Shown one piece after another: positions 19,268 to 29,537 of a stretch of DNA of 64,000 nt. Source of the DNA: an uncultured Actinomycetota bacterium (GTDB lineage Bacteria > Actinomycetota > Actinomycetes > JAHEKZ01); the NCBI GenBank assembly GCA_963743915.1, contig CAVURN010000005.1, positions 480,001 to 544,000 on the forward strand. Direction: 5' to 3'. The position numbers were made by a program, and so were the translations under genes. Every line of letters starts with the position of its first letter. Positions within the stretch are counted from its first letter, which is position 1. The notes beneath the pieces were generated by a model. It was not told the DNA's origin, did no database searches, and saw nothing but the letters and a program-made list of their open reading frames with translations.

Positions 19268-19626
19268 GCGGGCGCCGCACGTCGCGGGGCTGCGCATGGT
19301 GTGCTTCGACTCGGTCGACCCGCCCGCGCTGGCCGGGTTCTGGGCCACGCTGCTCGGCGGCACGATGTCGGTGGACGGTGACGGTGATGCCTGGGTGAGC
19401 ACCGGTGACGGACCACGTCTGGACTTCCTCCGCGTCCCGGAGGTCAAGACGCTGAAGAACCGGCTGCACCTCGACATCGCGGTGACCGATGTCGCGACTG
19501 GCGACGGCCGAGGCGCTGGCGCTCGGCGCCACCAGGGCCGACGACGTCTACGACGGAGGGCCCTGGCAGGTGCTGCGCGACCCCGAGGGCAACGAGTTCT
19601 GCCTGCTGCCGCCCGACCTGTCGTAG
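19260..19626 (+). CDS. VOC/glyoxalase family protein (apparent frameshift near 19500)
   Basis: FDSVDPPALAGFWATLLG...KTLKNRLHLDI, then in another frame ALALGATRADDVYDGGPWQVLRDPEGNEFCLL. Confidence 0.85.
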
Positions 19627-19627
19627 G

Positions 19628-19900
19628 TCACGGGCCCTTCGCGCTGCGCGGACGCCGGCGTCTGAGGCCCGACGCGTTGAGCGCGGCCACCAGCTCGCGG
19701 GACGTCACTGGCGTCGCCCCGGCGGCGATGAGATCGTCCCGCCGTTCGACAGGGACGTCGTAGTGGTCGCCGTCGAAACCACGCTCCGGGATGCCGAAGG
19801 GCGCGGCGAACGCGTGCAGCTCCTCGAACGACTCGTCGCTCGCCAGGTGGCACCACAGCCGGTCGTGGGCCGGCACCTCGGCGTCGTCGATGAGGATCAC
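19628..19900 (-). CDS. DUF4031 family protein
   Basis: ILIDD..PAHDRLWCHLASDESFEELHAFA...RGFDGDHYDVP. Confidence 0.9.
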   Translation of the reverse strand: MILIDDAEVPAHDRLWCHLASDESFEELHAFAAPFGIPERGFDGDHYDVPVERRDDLIAAGATPVTSRELVAALNASGLRRRRPRSAKGP

Positions 19901-20370
19901 GGGGAATCCGACCCGAGCAGAGCGCGGACCTCCGCCAGCGGGTCAGGCGCACCGGCCGCGCTGCCGCGCGCGAAGGCGACGAGAGCCCGCTCATGGGCGA
20001 CGACCAGGTCGGCGAGCGCCGCCAGGTCGGGGTCGTCCTGCACCAGCTCGACCAGGGGCAAGGACTCCGCCAGAGCCGCCTCCGCGTCTGACGCGAGCCA
20101 GTCGAGCAGAGTCGGCCACGGGTCGTCGCGGTGGGCGGACAGGTCGCGGTCGATCTCACCGGCCATGCGCTGGGGGTCGGGTTCGACGCCCAGCGCCACG
20201 AGAGCGGTGGTCAACTCACCCAGCACGTAGGTCTCGAGCACCACCAGCTCGCGGAGCGCGCGCGCCTCGTCCGCATGGTGGCGCGCCTCGGCCAGCCCCT
20301 CGTAGACACAGACGCCGTACCACTCCCCCGACCAGGCCCGTTCGAGCATCTGCAGCACCGCGGCATCCAC
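19897..20370 (-). CDS. Hypothetical protein, possibly a ferritin-like helical bundle
   Basis: AWSGEWYG...LE...DAE...AHERAL; helical and acidic; start uncertain. Confidence 0.6.
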   Translation of the reverse strand: MDAAVLQMLERAWSGEWYGVCVYEGLAEARHHADEARALRELVVLETYVLGELTTALVALGVEPDPQRMAGEIDRDLSAHRDDPWPTLLDWLASDAEAALAESLPLVELVQDDPDLAALADLVVAHERALVAFARGSAAGAPDPLAEVRALLGSDSP

Positions 20371-20441
20371 CGGACCATCCAACCAGCCGGGCTGGTCAGC
20401 CGGGACCGATAATGGTCCTCCCTTTCGAATCGGAGCGCTCC

Positions 20442-22401
20442 GTGACCGCCTTCCCCCACCTCTTCTCACCCGTGCGCATCGGGTCCGTCACGGTCAAGAA
20501 CCGGATCCTGTCCTCCGGGCACGACACCGTGATGGCCGAGGCGGGCGCGATCGGCGACCGGCTCGTCGCCTACCACCAGGCCAGGGCTGCCGGCGGGGTC
20601 GGTCTGATCGTCCTGCAGGTGGCAGGCGTCCACGAGTCCGCCAAGTACTCCACGAGCGTCCTGATGGCGGACACCGACGACTGCATCCCGGGGTACCGGC
20701 GCCTCGTCGAGGCGGTGAAGCCGCACGGCACGGCGGTGTTCGGCCAGCTCTTCCACGACGGTCGCGAGATGATGGAGAGCCAGGACGGCTCGCTGCCCGT
20801 CGCGCTGGCACCGTCGGCGGTGCCCAGCGAACGCTTCCACGTGATGCCTCGCGCCATGCCGGTGTCGCTGATCCACGAGATCGTCGACTGCTTCGGGGCG
20901 TCCGCGCGGCGGCTGCAGTCCGCCGGACTGGACGGCGTCGAGGTGGTCGCGTCCCACGGCTACCTGCCGGCGCAGTTCCTGAACCCTCGCGTCAACATCC
21001 GCGACGACGAGTACGGGGGCTCGCTGGAGAACCGGCTGCGCTTCGTGCGCGAGGTCATCGGAGCCATCCGATCCGAGGTCGGACGCGAGCTCGTCGTGGG
21101 GCTGCGCATCTCGGCGTCCGAGGAGACCGACGAGGGGCTGGGCGCCGACGAGGTGCTGGACGCGCTGCGTGCTCTCGACGTCGACGGCACCCTCGACTAC
21201 ATCAGCGTGGCCGCCGGGACGTCGGCGACGCTGTCCGGCTCGGACCACATCGTGCCGCCGATGAGCTTCGGACCCGCCTACGTCGCACCGATGGCGCAAC
21301 GGGTGAAGGAGGCCGTCAGCGTCCCGGTGATGGTGGCGGGGCGTATCAACCAGCCGCACGAGGGCGAGGCCGTGCTGGCCAACGGGCAGGCCGACCTGGT
21401 CGCGATGACGAGAGCCATGATCTGCGACCCCGTGATGCCGGCGAAGGCCGAGCAGGGACTGGTCGACGAGATCCGGGCGTGCATCGGCTGCAACCAGGCC
21501 TGCATCGGCCACTTCCACGCCGGCTACCCCATCTCGTGCATCCAGCACCCCGAGACCGGACGTGAGCTGACGTACGGCGTACGGCGTCCCGCCTCCGCCG
21601 CACGTGACGTGATGGTGGTCGGTGGCGGCGTCGCAGGTCTCAAGGCGGCCGTTGTCGCGGCCGAACGTGGCCACCGTGTCACTGTCTACGAGGCGGGGCG
21701 TCGGCCCGGTGGTCAGGTGCTGCTCGCCGAGCAGCTACCCGGACGCACCGAGTTCGGCGGTGCGGTGACGAACTTGCTCAGCGAGGTGGACCGCTACGGC
21801 GTGAAGGTCGTCACCGGTCAGCGCGTCGATGCTGACGTCGTGCGCAGCCAGGCGCCGGACGCCGTGGTCGTCGCCACCGGTGCAACGCCCCGGGTGCCCG
21901 GCCCTCGAGCTCATGGACGACCCGGTGGTCCTCACCGCGTGGGACGTCATCAGCGGCACGCAGGTCCCCTCCGGCCGCGTGGTCGTCGCCGACTGGCGGT
22001 GCGACTGGATCGGCCTCGGCGTCGCCCAGCAGCTCACGCAGCAGGGGCACAAGGTCACGCTCGCGGTCGACGGCTACATGGCGGGGCAGCGCATCCAGCA
22101 GTACGTGCGGGACGAGATGACCAAGCAGGCGCTGCTCGCCGGCGTCGAGATCGTGCCGCTGGTGCGGCTGATCGGTGCGGACGCCGACAGCGTCTACCTG
22201 CAGCACGTGCTGACCGACGAGCCGGTGATCGTCGACGACGTGGCAGCCCTGGTGTTGTCCCAGGGGCACGACTCCGTCACCGATCTGGTCGACGCGCTGA
22301 CCGACTACCCCGGCGAGGTGCACGCCATCGGCGACTGCCTGGCGCCGCGCACCGTCGAGGAGGCCGTCCTGGAGGGCCTGCAGGTGGCGTCCGCCCTCTG
22401 A
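20442..22401 (+). CDS. NADH:flavin oxidoreductase with 4Fe-4S and FAD domains (DgcA/StcD/TMADH superfamily; apparent frameshift near 21900)
   Basis: GQLFHDGRE, EVVASHGYLPAQFLNP, YGGSLENRLRF, CIGCNQAC...C, VVGGGVAG; the C-terminal part (ORF 21829-22401) ends IGDCLAPRTVEEAVLEG. Confidence 0.9.
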
Positions 22402-22420
22402 AATGGGGGCGCGTTGACGG

Positions 22421-22440
22421 CTGATTGAGTGACCAGTCAG
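22421..22440. promoter_or_regulatory. Candidate TetR operator, copy 1 (CTGATTGAGTGACCAGTCAG)
   Basis: Lies directly after a TTGACG -35-like hexamer (22414-22419), upstream of the acyl-CoA synthetase; matches copies at 34359 and 38783. Confidence 0.65.
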
Positions 22441-22450
22441 GATTGGCGCC

Positions 22451-24526
22451 GTGAACCTCGATCGACTGCTCGCCCCTCGTTCCGTCGCCGTCGTCGGCGC
22501 CTCCCCACGGGTCGACACCTACGGACACCAGGCCCTCGACAACCTGGTCGCCGCCCAGTTCGACGGTCCGGTGTTCGGCGTCCACCCACGCGAGACCGAG
22601 GTGCTCGGAGTCCGCTGCTACCCCACCCTCTCCGACCTGCCCGAGGTGCCGGACGCCATCGTCATCGCGACGCCGGCCGCCACCGTCCCCGACCTGGTCG
22701 ACGAGGCCGGACGCCTGGGCGTCGGCGGTGCCGTCGTGATCGCCGCGGGATTCGCCGAGGTCGAGCACGGCCGCGAGCTCCAGCAGCAGCTGCGCCAGAA
22801 CGCACTGAAGTACGACCTGCCGGTCTGCGGACCGAACGGCAACGGGCTGGTCTCCGTCGTCCGCCGCGCACCTCTCTGGGGTGACGGCTACAACATCGCA
22901 CCGGCAGGCGGAGTCGCCCTCGTGTCGCAGAGCGGCAATGTGGCAGTGAACGCCATCGGCGCCACCCGCGCGCTGCACCTGCACACCGTGATCTCGTGCG
23001 GCAACCAGGCTGTGCTGGACGCGTCCGACTACGTCATCGCGCTCGCCGAGCAGGAGGGTGTCCGCTCCATCGCGCTCTACCTCGAGGCCGAGGGCGATGG
23101 TGCCCGTCTGGCCGAGGGTCTGGCCATGTGCGCCGAACGCGAGATCGGCGTCGTCGTCCTGAAGTCCGGACGAAGCGCGCTCGGCGCGTCGGCCGCGGCC
23201 GCACACACCGGCGCCGTCGCCGGCGACGCCACGGTTCTGCGCGCGCTGGTGGAGGAGGCCGGCGGCGCCTGGGTCGACGACCCGCACGAGCTGCTGGAGA
23301 CGGCCAAGGCCATGGCCCACGGACGCCGCAAGGTGGCCGACGGGATCGCCGTCATCACGTGCTCGGGCGGTGACGCCGCGATCAGCGCCGACGAGGCCGA
23401 CCGCCTCTCGATCCCCCTGCCTCCACTCGCCCAGGAGACCAGGGCGGCGCTCGAGCCGATCGTCCCCGACGCCGCCACGATCGGGAACCCGCTCGACTAC
23501 ACGGCGATGATCTGGGGTGACGTCGAGCGGGTGGCGGACATCGTCCGCACGACGGCGTCCGACCCGTCGGTCGGCCAGGTGCTCGTCTACTACGACATGC
23601 CCCAGAAGATGGGGGCGGCCGCCACCTACAGCTGGAACAGCCAGCTCGACGGCATCGTGCTCGGTGGACAGGACTCCGCGGCTCCGGTGATCGTCGCGTC
23701 GACCCTCCCCGACCTGCTGCCCGAGAACCTCGTCGACAAGTGTCTGCAACGTGGCGTTCCCGCCGTCTGGGGGCTGACGACAGGGATCAAGGTGGCCGAC
23801 GCCATGCGGCGTCCGTTCGGGGACCCGGCAAGGCTCCGCGCGATCGGTGCGCTGGCCGGTGGGCGCGGCGCCGGCGAGTGGCTGCCCGAGCACGAGGCCA
23901 AGCAGCTGCTCGCGAAGGCGGGGGTGGCGGTCCCGAGCGGAGGCGTGGCGACGACACCCGAGGCACTCGGCGTGCTCGTTGCCGAGCTCGACGCGCCGAT
24001 GGCCCTGAAGCTGAGCGCTCCGTCACTGCAGCACAAGAGCGACGTCGGCGCGCTCGAGCTCGGTGTGCTGGGGGTGGACGCCGCACGCACCGCCTTCGAC
24101 CGGCTCCGGTCCATCGAGGGTCACGCGGACACGCCTGTGCTCGTCGAGCGCATGGAGGCGACCGGCGTGGAGCTGCTGATCGCCGCACGCCGTGACTCCG
24201 TCGTGCCCGCACTGGTCGTCGCCCTTGGCGGCATCTGGGTGGAGACCGTGGGCGATGCCGCTGTCATCCCGCTGCCCGCCGATGCGGGCCGCGTCGAGAC
24301 CGCACTTCGCTCGCTTCGGGGTGCGTCGCTGCTCACCGGCGGACGCGGACGTCCCGGCGTCGACCTCGCTGCGGTGGCCGATCTCGCGGTACGGGTGGGC
24401 CAGCTGCTGCTGGACGAGAACCTGATGCTGGTGGAGCTGAACCCGGTGTTCGCCCGCCCCGTCGAACGCGCGGGCGATCTCGCGGGCGCTGTCGCAGTCG
24501 ACGCGGTGATCCGTCGCTGCGTGTAG
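22451..24526 (+). CDS. ADP-forming acyl-CoA synthetase (acetate--CoA ligase family; CoA-binding plus ATP-grasp domains)
   Basis: APRSVAVVGAS, GPNGNG, VSQSG, AHTGAVAG, NPLDYT, HKSDVG, ELNPV. Confidence 0.92.
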   Translation: MNLDRLLAPRSVAVVGASPRVDTYGHQALDNLVAAQFDGPVFGVHPRETEVLGVRCYPTLSDLPEVPDAIVIATPAATVPDLVDEAGRLGVGGAVVIAAGFAEVEHGRELQQQLRQNALKYDLPVCGPNGNGLVSVVRRAPLWGDGYNIAPAGGVALVSQSGNVAVNAIGATRALHLHTVISCGNQAVLDASDYVIALAEQEGVRSIALYLEAEGDGARLAEGLAMCAEREIGVVVLKSGRSALGASAAAAHTGAVAGDATVLRALVEEAGGAWVDDPHELLETAKAMAHGRRKVADGIAVITCSGGDAAISADEADRLSIPLPPLAQETRAALEPIVPDAATIGNPLDYTAMIWGDVERVADIVRTTASDPSVGQVLVYYDMPQKMGAAATYSWNSQLDGIVLGGQDSAAPVIVASTLPDLLPENLVDKCLQRGVPAVWGLTTGIKVADAMRRPFGDPARLRAIGALAGGRGAGEWLPEHEAKQLLAKAGVAVPSGGVATTPEALGVLVAELDAPMALKLSAPSLQHKSDVGALELGVLGVDAARTAFDRLRSIEGHADTPVLVERMEATGVELLIAARRDSVVPALVVALGGIWVETVGDAAVIPLPADAGRVETALRSLRGASLLTGGRGRPGVDLAAVADLAVRVGQLLLDENLMLVELNPVFARPVERAGDLAGAVAVDAVIRRCV

Positions 24527-24531
24527 GGCTC

Positions 24532-24602
24532 GCCGAGTGCGTGGCACTCGGCTTCCCGCGCGCACTCGACCTGCTCCGCGCGCACCCAGCCACGCACTCG
24601 GC
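24532..24602. repeat. Inverted repeat between convergent genes (14-bp arms); terminator or REP-like
   Basis: GCCGAGTGCGTGGC ... GCCACGCACTCGGC, with internal CCGCGCGCAC direct repeats. Confidence 0.65.
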
Positions 24603-26014
24603 TACGGCGTCACCGTGAAGTCGGCCGCAGCCAGGTGCACCGGGCGGTCGTCGCGGAGCAGGTGCACGGTGTAGTCACCCGGGAGCAAGGGCCACATCCC
24701 CGGTCGCAGGCAGGCGTCCAGCACCGCCTCCCCGTCGACCGTCGCACCGGTGTAGACCAGCGCGCGCTGTCTGGCCGCGGCCGGATCAGCGCCCCGGAGG
24801 TGCACCGCGATCCAGTCGGCCCGGTTGCCCGGCGCGCCCCGCCACTGCACCGTGATCGGCTCACCCATCCGGTAGGACGCGGCGTCCGTCCGCAGCAGCG
24901 GCTGGGCCCCCGGTTCCGTCACCCAGAGGGTGGTGCAGGCAAGGTCTCTCCCATCACCGTCCTCGAGCATGACGTCGTGACGCCCGACGCCCAGGCGCGA
25001 CACCTCGAGGGTGACGGCGCCGGCGGACGCGTCCGGAACAGGAAGCTCAGCCACTCTCCCGCCACCGTCGTCGGCCGACACCGAGACGAGGTGCGCGCGC
25101 CCTGCCGGCGCGACGTAGCGGATGTCCACGACCGCGTCGGACTCCACCACGCGGGAAGACACCGACACGACCGGGGACGGCGCCACCGGCGTCAGCGACA
25201 GCTCGGCCACCAGTGCGCGATGGTCGGTCGGCCACGGATCCATCGTGAGGTCGCAGTGCTCCGATCCCCCCTCGCCCATGATGCGGATCGACGACGACTC
25301 GACGTCGCTGCTGACGAACATCAGGTCGATGCGGTCCGACGGTGCACCGTTGAGGTGAGGGTTGTAACCGCTCACGAACGGACGCGCCGCGGGCCAGGTC
25401 AACCCGGGCTTCGCGACGGCGTCCGGATGGTGTCGGCGGTAGACGTCGACGAGTCCCACCGACTCGGTGGCGACGCTGGTCGGCCACGGGACGGACGCGG
25501 TCATGTGCGGCCTTAGTCCGATCGCCTCGGGTGTCCAGTCGCGATGGGACGGCGCGTTGAAGTCACCCAGCAGAACAACCGGAATCCCTTGCTGGACAAG
25601 GGATTCCGCCGCTCTCAGTGACGGAAGAAGCTCGTGCAACCGGGTTCGACACTCGCGCCTCACGACGCGTTCCACATCCGCGACGTGAGCAACCCGGCTG
25701 GGGCCGTAGACGCGCGAGGTGGGGTGCACGTTGATCACGGCGAACACCTCACCGGGAGCTCCCTCGACGAGCACGACACCAGCCGTGGGATCCGGCGGAT
25801 CGAGCAGCGGGTACCGCGAGACGACCTGCGTACGGTTGTCGAAGTACGGCCAGCCGAGCGCCTCGGCGATCGCGGGCATCTGCCCGCAGGCCTCCTGCAC
25901 GGCGACGACGTCGGCGCCGCACTGTTCGATGGCACGCGGCACCGCCGAGAAGTCGACGCCGGTTCCTCCGTACTCGATGTTGAACTGCATCATCGTCAGT
26001 GCCAGCGCTGTCAC
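24602..26014 (-). CDS. Endonuclease/exonuclease/phosphatase (EEP) family protein with C-terminal beta-sandwich domains
   Basis: MQFNIEYGG, ADVVAVQE, LGDFNAPSHRDW, DRIDLMF, WPTDHRALV. Confidence 0.88.
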   Translation of the reverse strand: MTALALTMMQFNIEYGGTGVDFSAVPRAIEQCGADVVAVQEACGQMPAIAEALGWPYFDNRTQVVSRYPLLDPPDPTAGVVLVEGAPGEVFAVINVHPTSRVYGPSRVAHVADVERVVRRECRTRLHELLPSLRAAESLVQQGIPVVLLGDFNAPSHRDWTPEAIGLRPHMTASVPWPTSVATESVGLVDVYRRHHPDAVAKPGLTWPAARPFVSGYNPHLNGAPSDRIDLMFVSSDVESSSIRIMGEGGSEHCDLTMDPWPTDHRALVAELSLTPVAPSPVVSVSSRVVESDAVVDIRYVAPAGRAHLVSVSADDGGGRVAELPVPDASAGAVTLEVSRLGVGRHDVMLEDGDGRDLACTTLWVTEPGAQPLLRTDAASYRMGEPITVQWRGAPGNRADWIAVHLRGADPAAARQRALVYTGATVDGEAVLDACLRPGMWPLLPGDYTVHLLRDDRPVHLAAADFTVTP

Positions 26015-26047
26015 AAGGCGACTCCCGTCCACTACAGTCCCCGGACT

Positions 26048-26824
26048 GTGGAGCACCACGCTAGGGGTGAGGATCTCGCCTTCGCACAGCATCTCGCTGA
26101 TCTGGCCGCACAGATCACCCGCAGCGCGTTCGGGGGTCGTCTGCCGGTCGAGCTGAAGTCCGACGCATCGCCGGTGACCGAGATCGACGCCGCCGCCGAG
26201 CAGCGGATGCGCGACGAGATCGCGAGCACCTACCCGGATGACGGCATCCTCGGCGAGGAGGGGGATGCCATCGTTGGCACGAGCGGACGCACCTGGGTGC
26301 TCGACCCGATCGACGGCACCCGCATGTTCGCTGAGGGAATCCCCCTGTGGAGCACGCTGATCGGCCTGCGGGACGACCGTCAGATGGTCGTCGGCGTCGC
26401 GGACGCCCCGGTGCTCGGCGAGCGCTACCACGCGACCCTCGGTGGCGGCGCCTTCTGCAACGGCGACCCGATTGCGGTGTCGGAGGTTGCCACCCTCGCG
26501 GACGCGCTCGTCCTGCATGCACCCCTCGAGGAGTTCATCCGCAAGACCGGCCTGCCCGCCCTCACCCGCGTCTCATCGGAGGCCCGCGTCACCCGAGGCA
26601 TCGGCGACGGCTGGGCCCACCTGCTGGTGGCACGCGGCGCCGCCGACGCGCTGGTCGAACAGGGTCCCTGTTTCGAGTGGGACTGGGCCGCCACCAGCGT
26701 GATCGTCCACGAGGCGGGCGGCCGACTCAGCCGGCTGGAGGGCGGAGAGCCCACTCCCGGATGTCACCTTTTGGTATCCAACGGGCATCTCGATGACGAA
26801 GTGCGCGCCACGCTCCTACCCTGA
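26048..26824 (+). CDS. Inositol monophosphatase family protein, HisN-like
   Basis: KSDASPVT, ILGEE, WVLDPIDGT, GDGWAHLLVARG, WDWAA...EAGG. Confidence 0.88.
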   Translation: MEHHARGEDLAFAQHLADLAAQITRSAFGGRLPVELKSDASPVTEIDAAAEQRMRDEIASTYPDDGILGEEGDAIVGTSGRTWVLDPIDGTRMFAEGIPLWSTLIGLRDDRQMVVGVADAPVLGERYHATLGGGAFCNGDPIAVSEVATLADALVLHAPLEEFIRKTGLPALTRVSSEARVTRGIGDGWAHLLVARGAADALVEQGPCFEWDWAATSVIVHEAGGRLSRLEGGEPTPGCHLLVSNGHLDDEVRATLLP

Positions 26825-26851
26825 CAAAAGGCCCACCCAGGACAGGAGCTC

Positions 26852-27634
26852 ATGCGCGCCACCCAGTCGGTCGACCGCTTTGCCGATGCCCTCGAGGCCT
26901 TGGCGGACGCCGGTCGCCCGCTTGGCGTCACCGAGCTGGCCGATCACCTCGGGGTGCACAAGGCGACCGCCTCGCGTCTGATGGCCACCATGGAACGGCG
27001 CGGCCTGGTCCGGCGCTCCGCGACCGGCTACTCCCTCGGGCCCGCCCTGGCTCGGCTCGCCGCCACCGCGGTCGCCGAGCTCGAGCTCGTCGCCCTCAGC
27101 CGGCCGGTGCTCAAGGACCTCGTCGAGGTCACCGGTGAAGCGGCGTACCTGTCTGTTCCCTACCGCGGCGCCGTCCTCTACGTCGAACAGGTCACGCCAC
27201 AGGGCGGCGTCGTACCGAACGACTGGACCGGACGCCTCGGCCACTTGCACTGCTCCTCGAGCGGCAAGGTGTTCGCCGCCTTCGGTGCCGTCGACGACCT
27301 CGACGCCCGACTCGCACGCCCACTGCCCACGCTCGCGAGCCGCACCATCACCGATCCCGACGAGTTCCGCCGGCTGCTTCCACTGATCCGCCGGCGCGGC
27401 TATGCGTCGTCCGCGGACGAGTCGGAGACCGGTTCGACGTCGGTGGCCGCGCCCGTCATCGGCTCGCGAGGAGAGGTGCTGGCGGCGATCGGCGTCGGCA
27501 CCTCCACCGCCCGCTGCACCCAGCACCGGCTCAACCAGCTCGGCGCCGCAGCGCAGGCATCGGCCGCCACACTGGCCCGCCGGCTCGGGCCGGTGCACGC
27601 AGTGGTCACCCCGTCGTCACCGGGGGGTCGCTGA
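26852..27634 (+). CDS. IclR family transcriptional regulator
   Basis: QSVDR...LGVTELADHLGVHKATASRL; LHCSSSGK; IRRRGYA...SVAAPV. Confidence 0.93.
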   Translation: MRATQSVDRFADALEALADAGRPLGVTELADHLGVHKATASRLMATMERRGLVRRSATGYSLGPALARLAATAVAELELVALSRPVLKDLVEVTGEAAYLSVPYRGAVLYVEQVTPQGGVVPNDWTGRLGHLHCSSSGKVFAAFGAVDDLDARLARPLPTLASRTITDPDEFRRLLPLIRRRGYASSADESETGSTSVAAPVIGSRGEVLAAIGVGTSTARCTQHRLNQLGAAAQASAATLARRLGPVHAVVTPSSPGGR

Positions 27635-27730
27635 ATCGTCATGCGGGCCGTTGCCCTCAGGGCAACAGTGTCCTTGCCCTCGCGGGTGACGCCCCTAGGC
27701 TCCCCGCGATCGCCCCTCCCGGAGGAACCG

Positions 27731-29518
27731 ATGCATCGAACTGCTGGACGGATCGCTGCGGCGCTGGCCGCGTCCGCCGTGCTGACCGTGAGCCTGCCGC
27801 TCGCAACGTCCCAGGCCGCCGACGGAGGTGACGCGGGTGTGCTGCGCGTCGGTGTGCCGAACGACCTGACCACCGCCAACCCGTTCTCCTTGCGCTCCGG
27901 CAGCGACTGGAACGTGGCGACGATCCAGTACGACATGATGCTGCAGTTCGGCAACGAGGATCTCTCCCCGCAGCCCGGACTCGCCGAGGCGTGCGAGCCG
28001 AACGACGACCTCACCGAGTGGACCTGCACCTTCCGTGACGACGTCACGTGGAGCGACGGCGAGCCCTTCACGTCGAGCGATGTCGCGTTCACCTACCGGC
28101 TGGTGATCGACCAGCCGATCTCCACGTATGCGCAGTACTTCGTCGAGGGGACGACGTTCGAGACGCCCGACGACACCACGCTGATCTGGAAGTCGCCGAC
28201 GCCGACCAGTCAGCCGCTCACGCCGCCGTGGATCTACATCGTTCCTGAGCACATCTGGGACAAGTACGCCGATCTCGACAAGGCCGAGCTCCGAGCGGTC
28301 GAGAACATCCCGTCGGTGACCACTGGCCCCTTCACGCTGACCGAGGTCAACCGAGGCGAGAACTGGACGCTGACGAAGAACCCCAACTACTGGGGTGATG
28401 AGCCGAGCTACGACGAGATCCGCTTCCAGCTGTACACGAACCAGGACGCGATGGCGCAGGCACTCAAGAACGGTGAGATCGACGTCGCCACGTACTTCGA
28501 CTCCTCGCTCCTGCCCTCTCTCGAGAGCGACGAGAACATCACCGTCCAGCGCAACGTGTCGGACTGGTGGCTCAACCTGGCGTTCAACTTCGGCGGTCAG
28601 GGGCCGGACGCCGACCCGCTCCCCGCGCTGCAGGACAAGAACGTCCGCGTGGCGATCGCGATGGCGATCGACAAGCAGGGGATCGTCGAGAAGGCCTTCG
28701 ACGGGGCAGCCGTTCCCGGGACTTCCCTGATCCGACAGGTACCCGCGCAGTGGCACTACGACGTCCCCGAGGACGAGTTGATTCCGTTCGATCCCGACGC
28801 GGCCAACGCGCTGCTCGACGAGAACGGGTACGAGCCAGGGGCGGACGGCGTCCGTGTTGACCCGAACACCGGAGACCGGCTCGCTCTGCGCATGCCGATC
28901 TCCCAGGAGACGGCGGGCGCGCTGGCGTCCGGGCAGCTGATCGTCGGCTACCTCGATCAGATCGGGATCGAGGTGAAGCTCTACCCCGTCAACGAAGGGA
29001 AGATGTACTCGTACTGGAACACCGGCGACTGGGATGCGTACATCTGGTACTGGACGGGTGAGCCCGACCCCAACTACCAGCTCAGCACGTTGATGACCGA
29101 CCAGTGCAAGGAGCTCAGCGACGGCTGCTGGAGCAACCCCGAGTACGACGCGCTCGTCAAGGAGCAGGAGACCATCGTCGACCCGGACGCGAGGCAGGAG
29201 GTCGTCCATCAGGCACTGGCCCTGTCGTACGCCGAGGTGCCGTCGATCGCGCTCGCCTACCCGAACAACATCGAGGCGTACCGCAACGACCTGGTCACCG
29301 ACTTCACCCCGGTGCCGGGCGACAACGGGTACCTCATCCCCAACTACAACAACGTCGGCATGGTCACGGTCCGTCCGGCGGATGCCGGCTCGGGCGGGGG
29401 CGCGGACTCGTCCTCCGGACTCCCGGCGTGGGCATGGGGAGCGATCATCGCCGGCGTCGGTGTCGGCGCCTTCCTGATCTTCCGCCGCGGCAGCCGGTCG
29501 GACGAGGAGGAAGGCTGA
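27731..29518 (+). CDS. ABC transporter substrate-binding protein (family 5, Opp/Dpp) with C-terminal TM anchor
   Basis: Sec signal; TWSDGEPFTSSDVAFTY, TGPF, LQDKNVRVAIAMAIDK; C-terminal hydrophobic helix followed by RR. Confidence 0.92.
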   Translation: MHRTAGRIAAALAASAVLTVSLPLATSQAADGGDAGVLRVGVPNDLTTANPFSLRSGSDWNVATIQYDMMLQFGNEDLSPQPGLAEACEPNDDLTEWTCTFRDDVTWSDGEPFTSSDVAFTYRLVIDQPISTYAQYFVEGTTFETPDDTTLIWKSPTPTSQPLTPPWIYIVPEHIWDKYADLDKAELRAVENIPSVTTGPFTLTEVNRGENWTLTKNPNYWGDEPSYDEIRFQLYTNQDAMAQALKNGEIDVATYFDSSLLPSLESDENITVQRNVSDWWLNLAFNFGGQGPDADPLPALQDKNVRVAIAMAIDKQGIVEKAFDGAAVPGTSLIRQVPAQWHYDVPEDELIPFDPDAANALLDENGYEPGADGVRVDPNTGDRLALRMPISQETAGALASGQLIVGYLDQIGIEVKLYPVNEGKMYSYWNTGDWDAYIWYWTGEPDPNYQLSTLMTDQCKELSDGCWSNPEYDALVKEQETIVDPDARQEVVHQALALSYAEVPSIALAYPNNIEAYRNDLVTDFTPVPGDNGYLIPNYNNVGMVTVRPADAGSGGGADSSSGLPAWAWGAIIAGVGVGAFLIFRRGSRSDEEEG

Positions 29519-29537
29519 CGATGAGCGCCGGAGCCCG

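Noticed and set aside
20442-22401. Identification as trimethylamine or histamine dehydrogenase
   Set aside because: The N-terminal Cys used for covalent 6-S-cysteinyl-FMN is absent (sequence is SSGHDT); only a superfamily-level call is supported.
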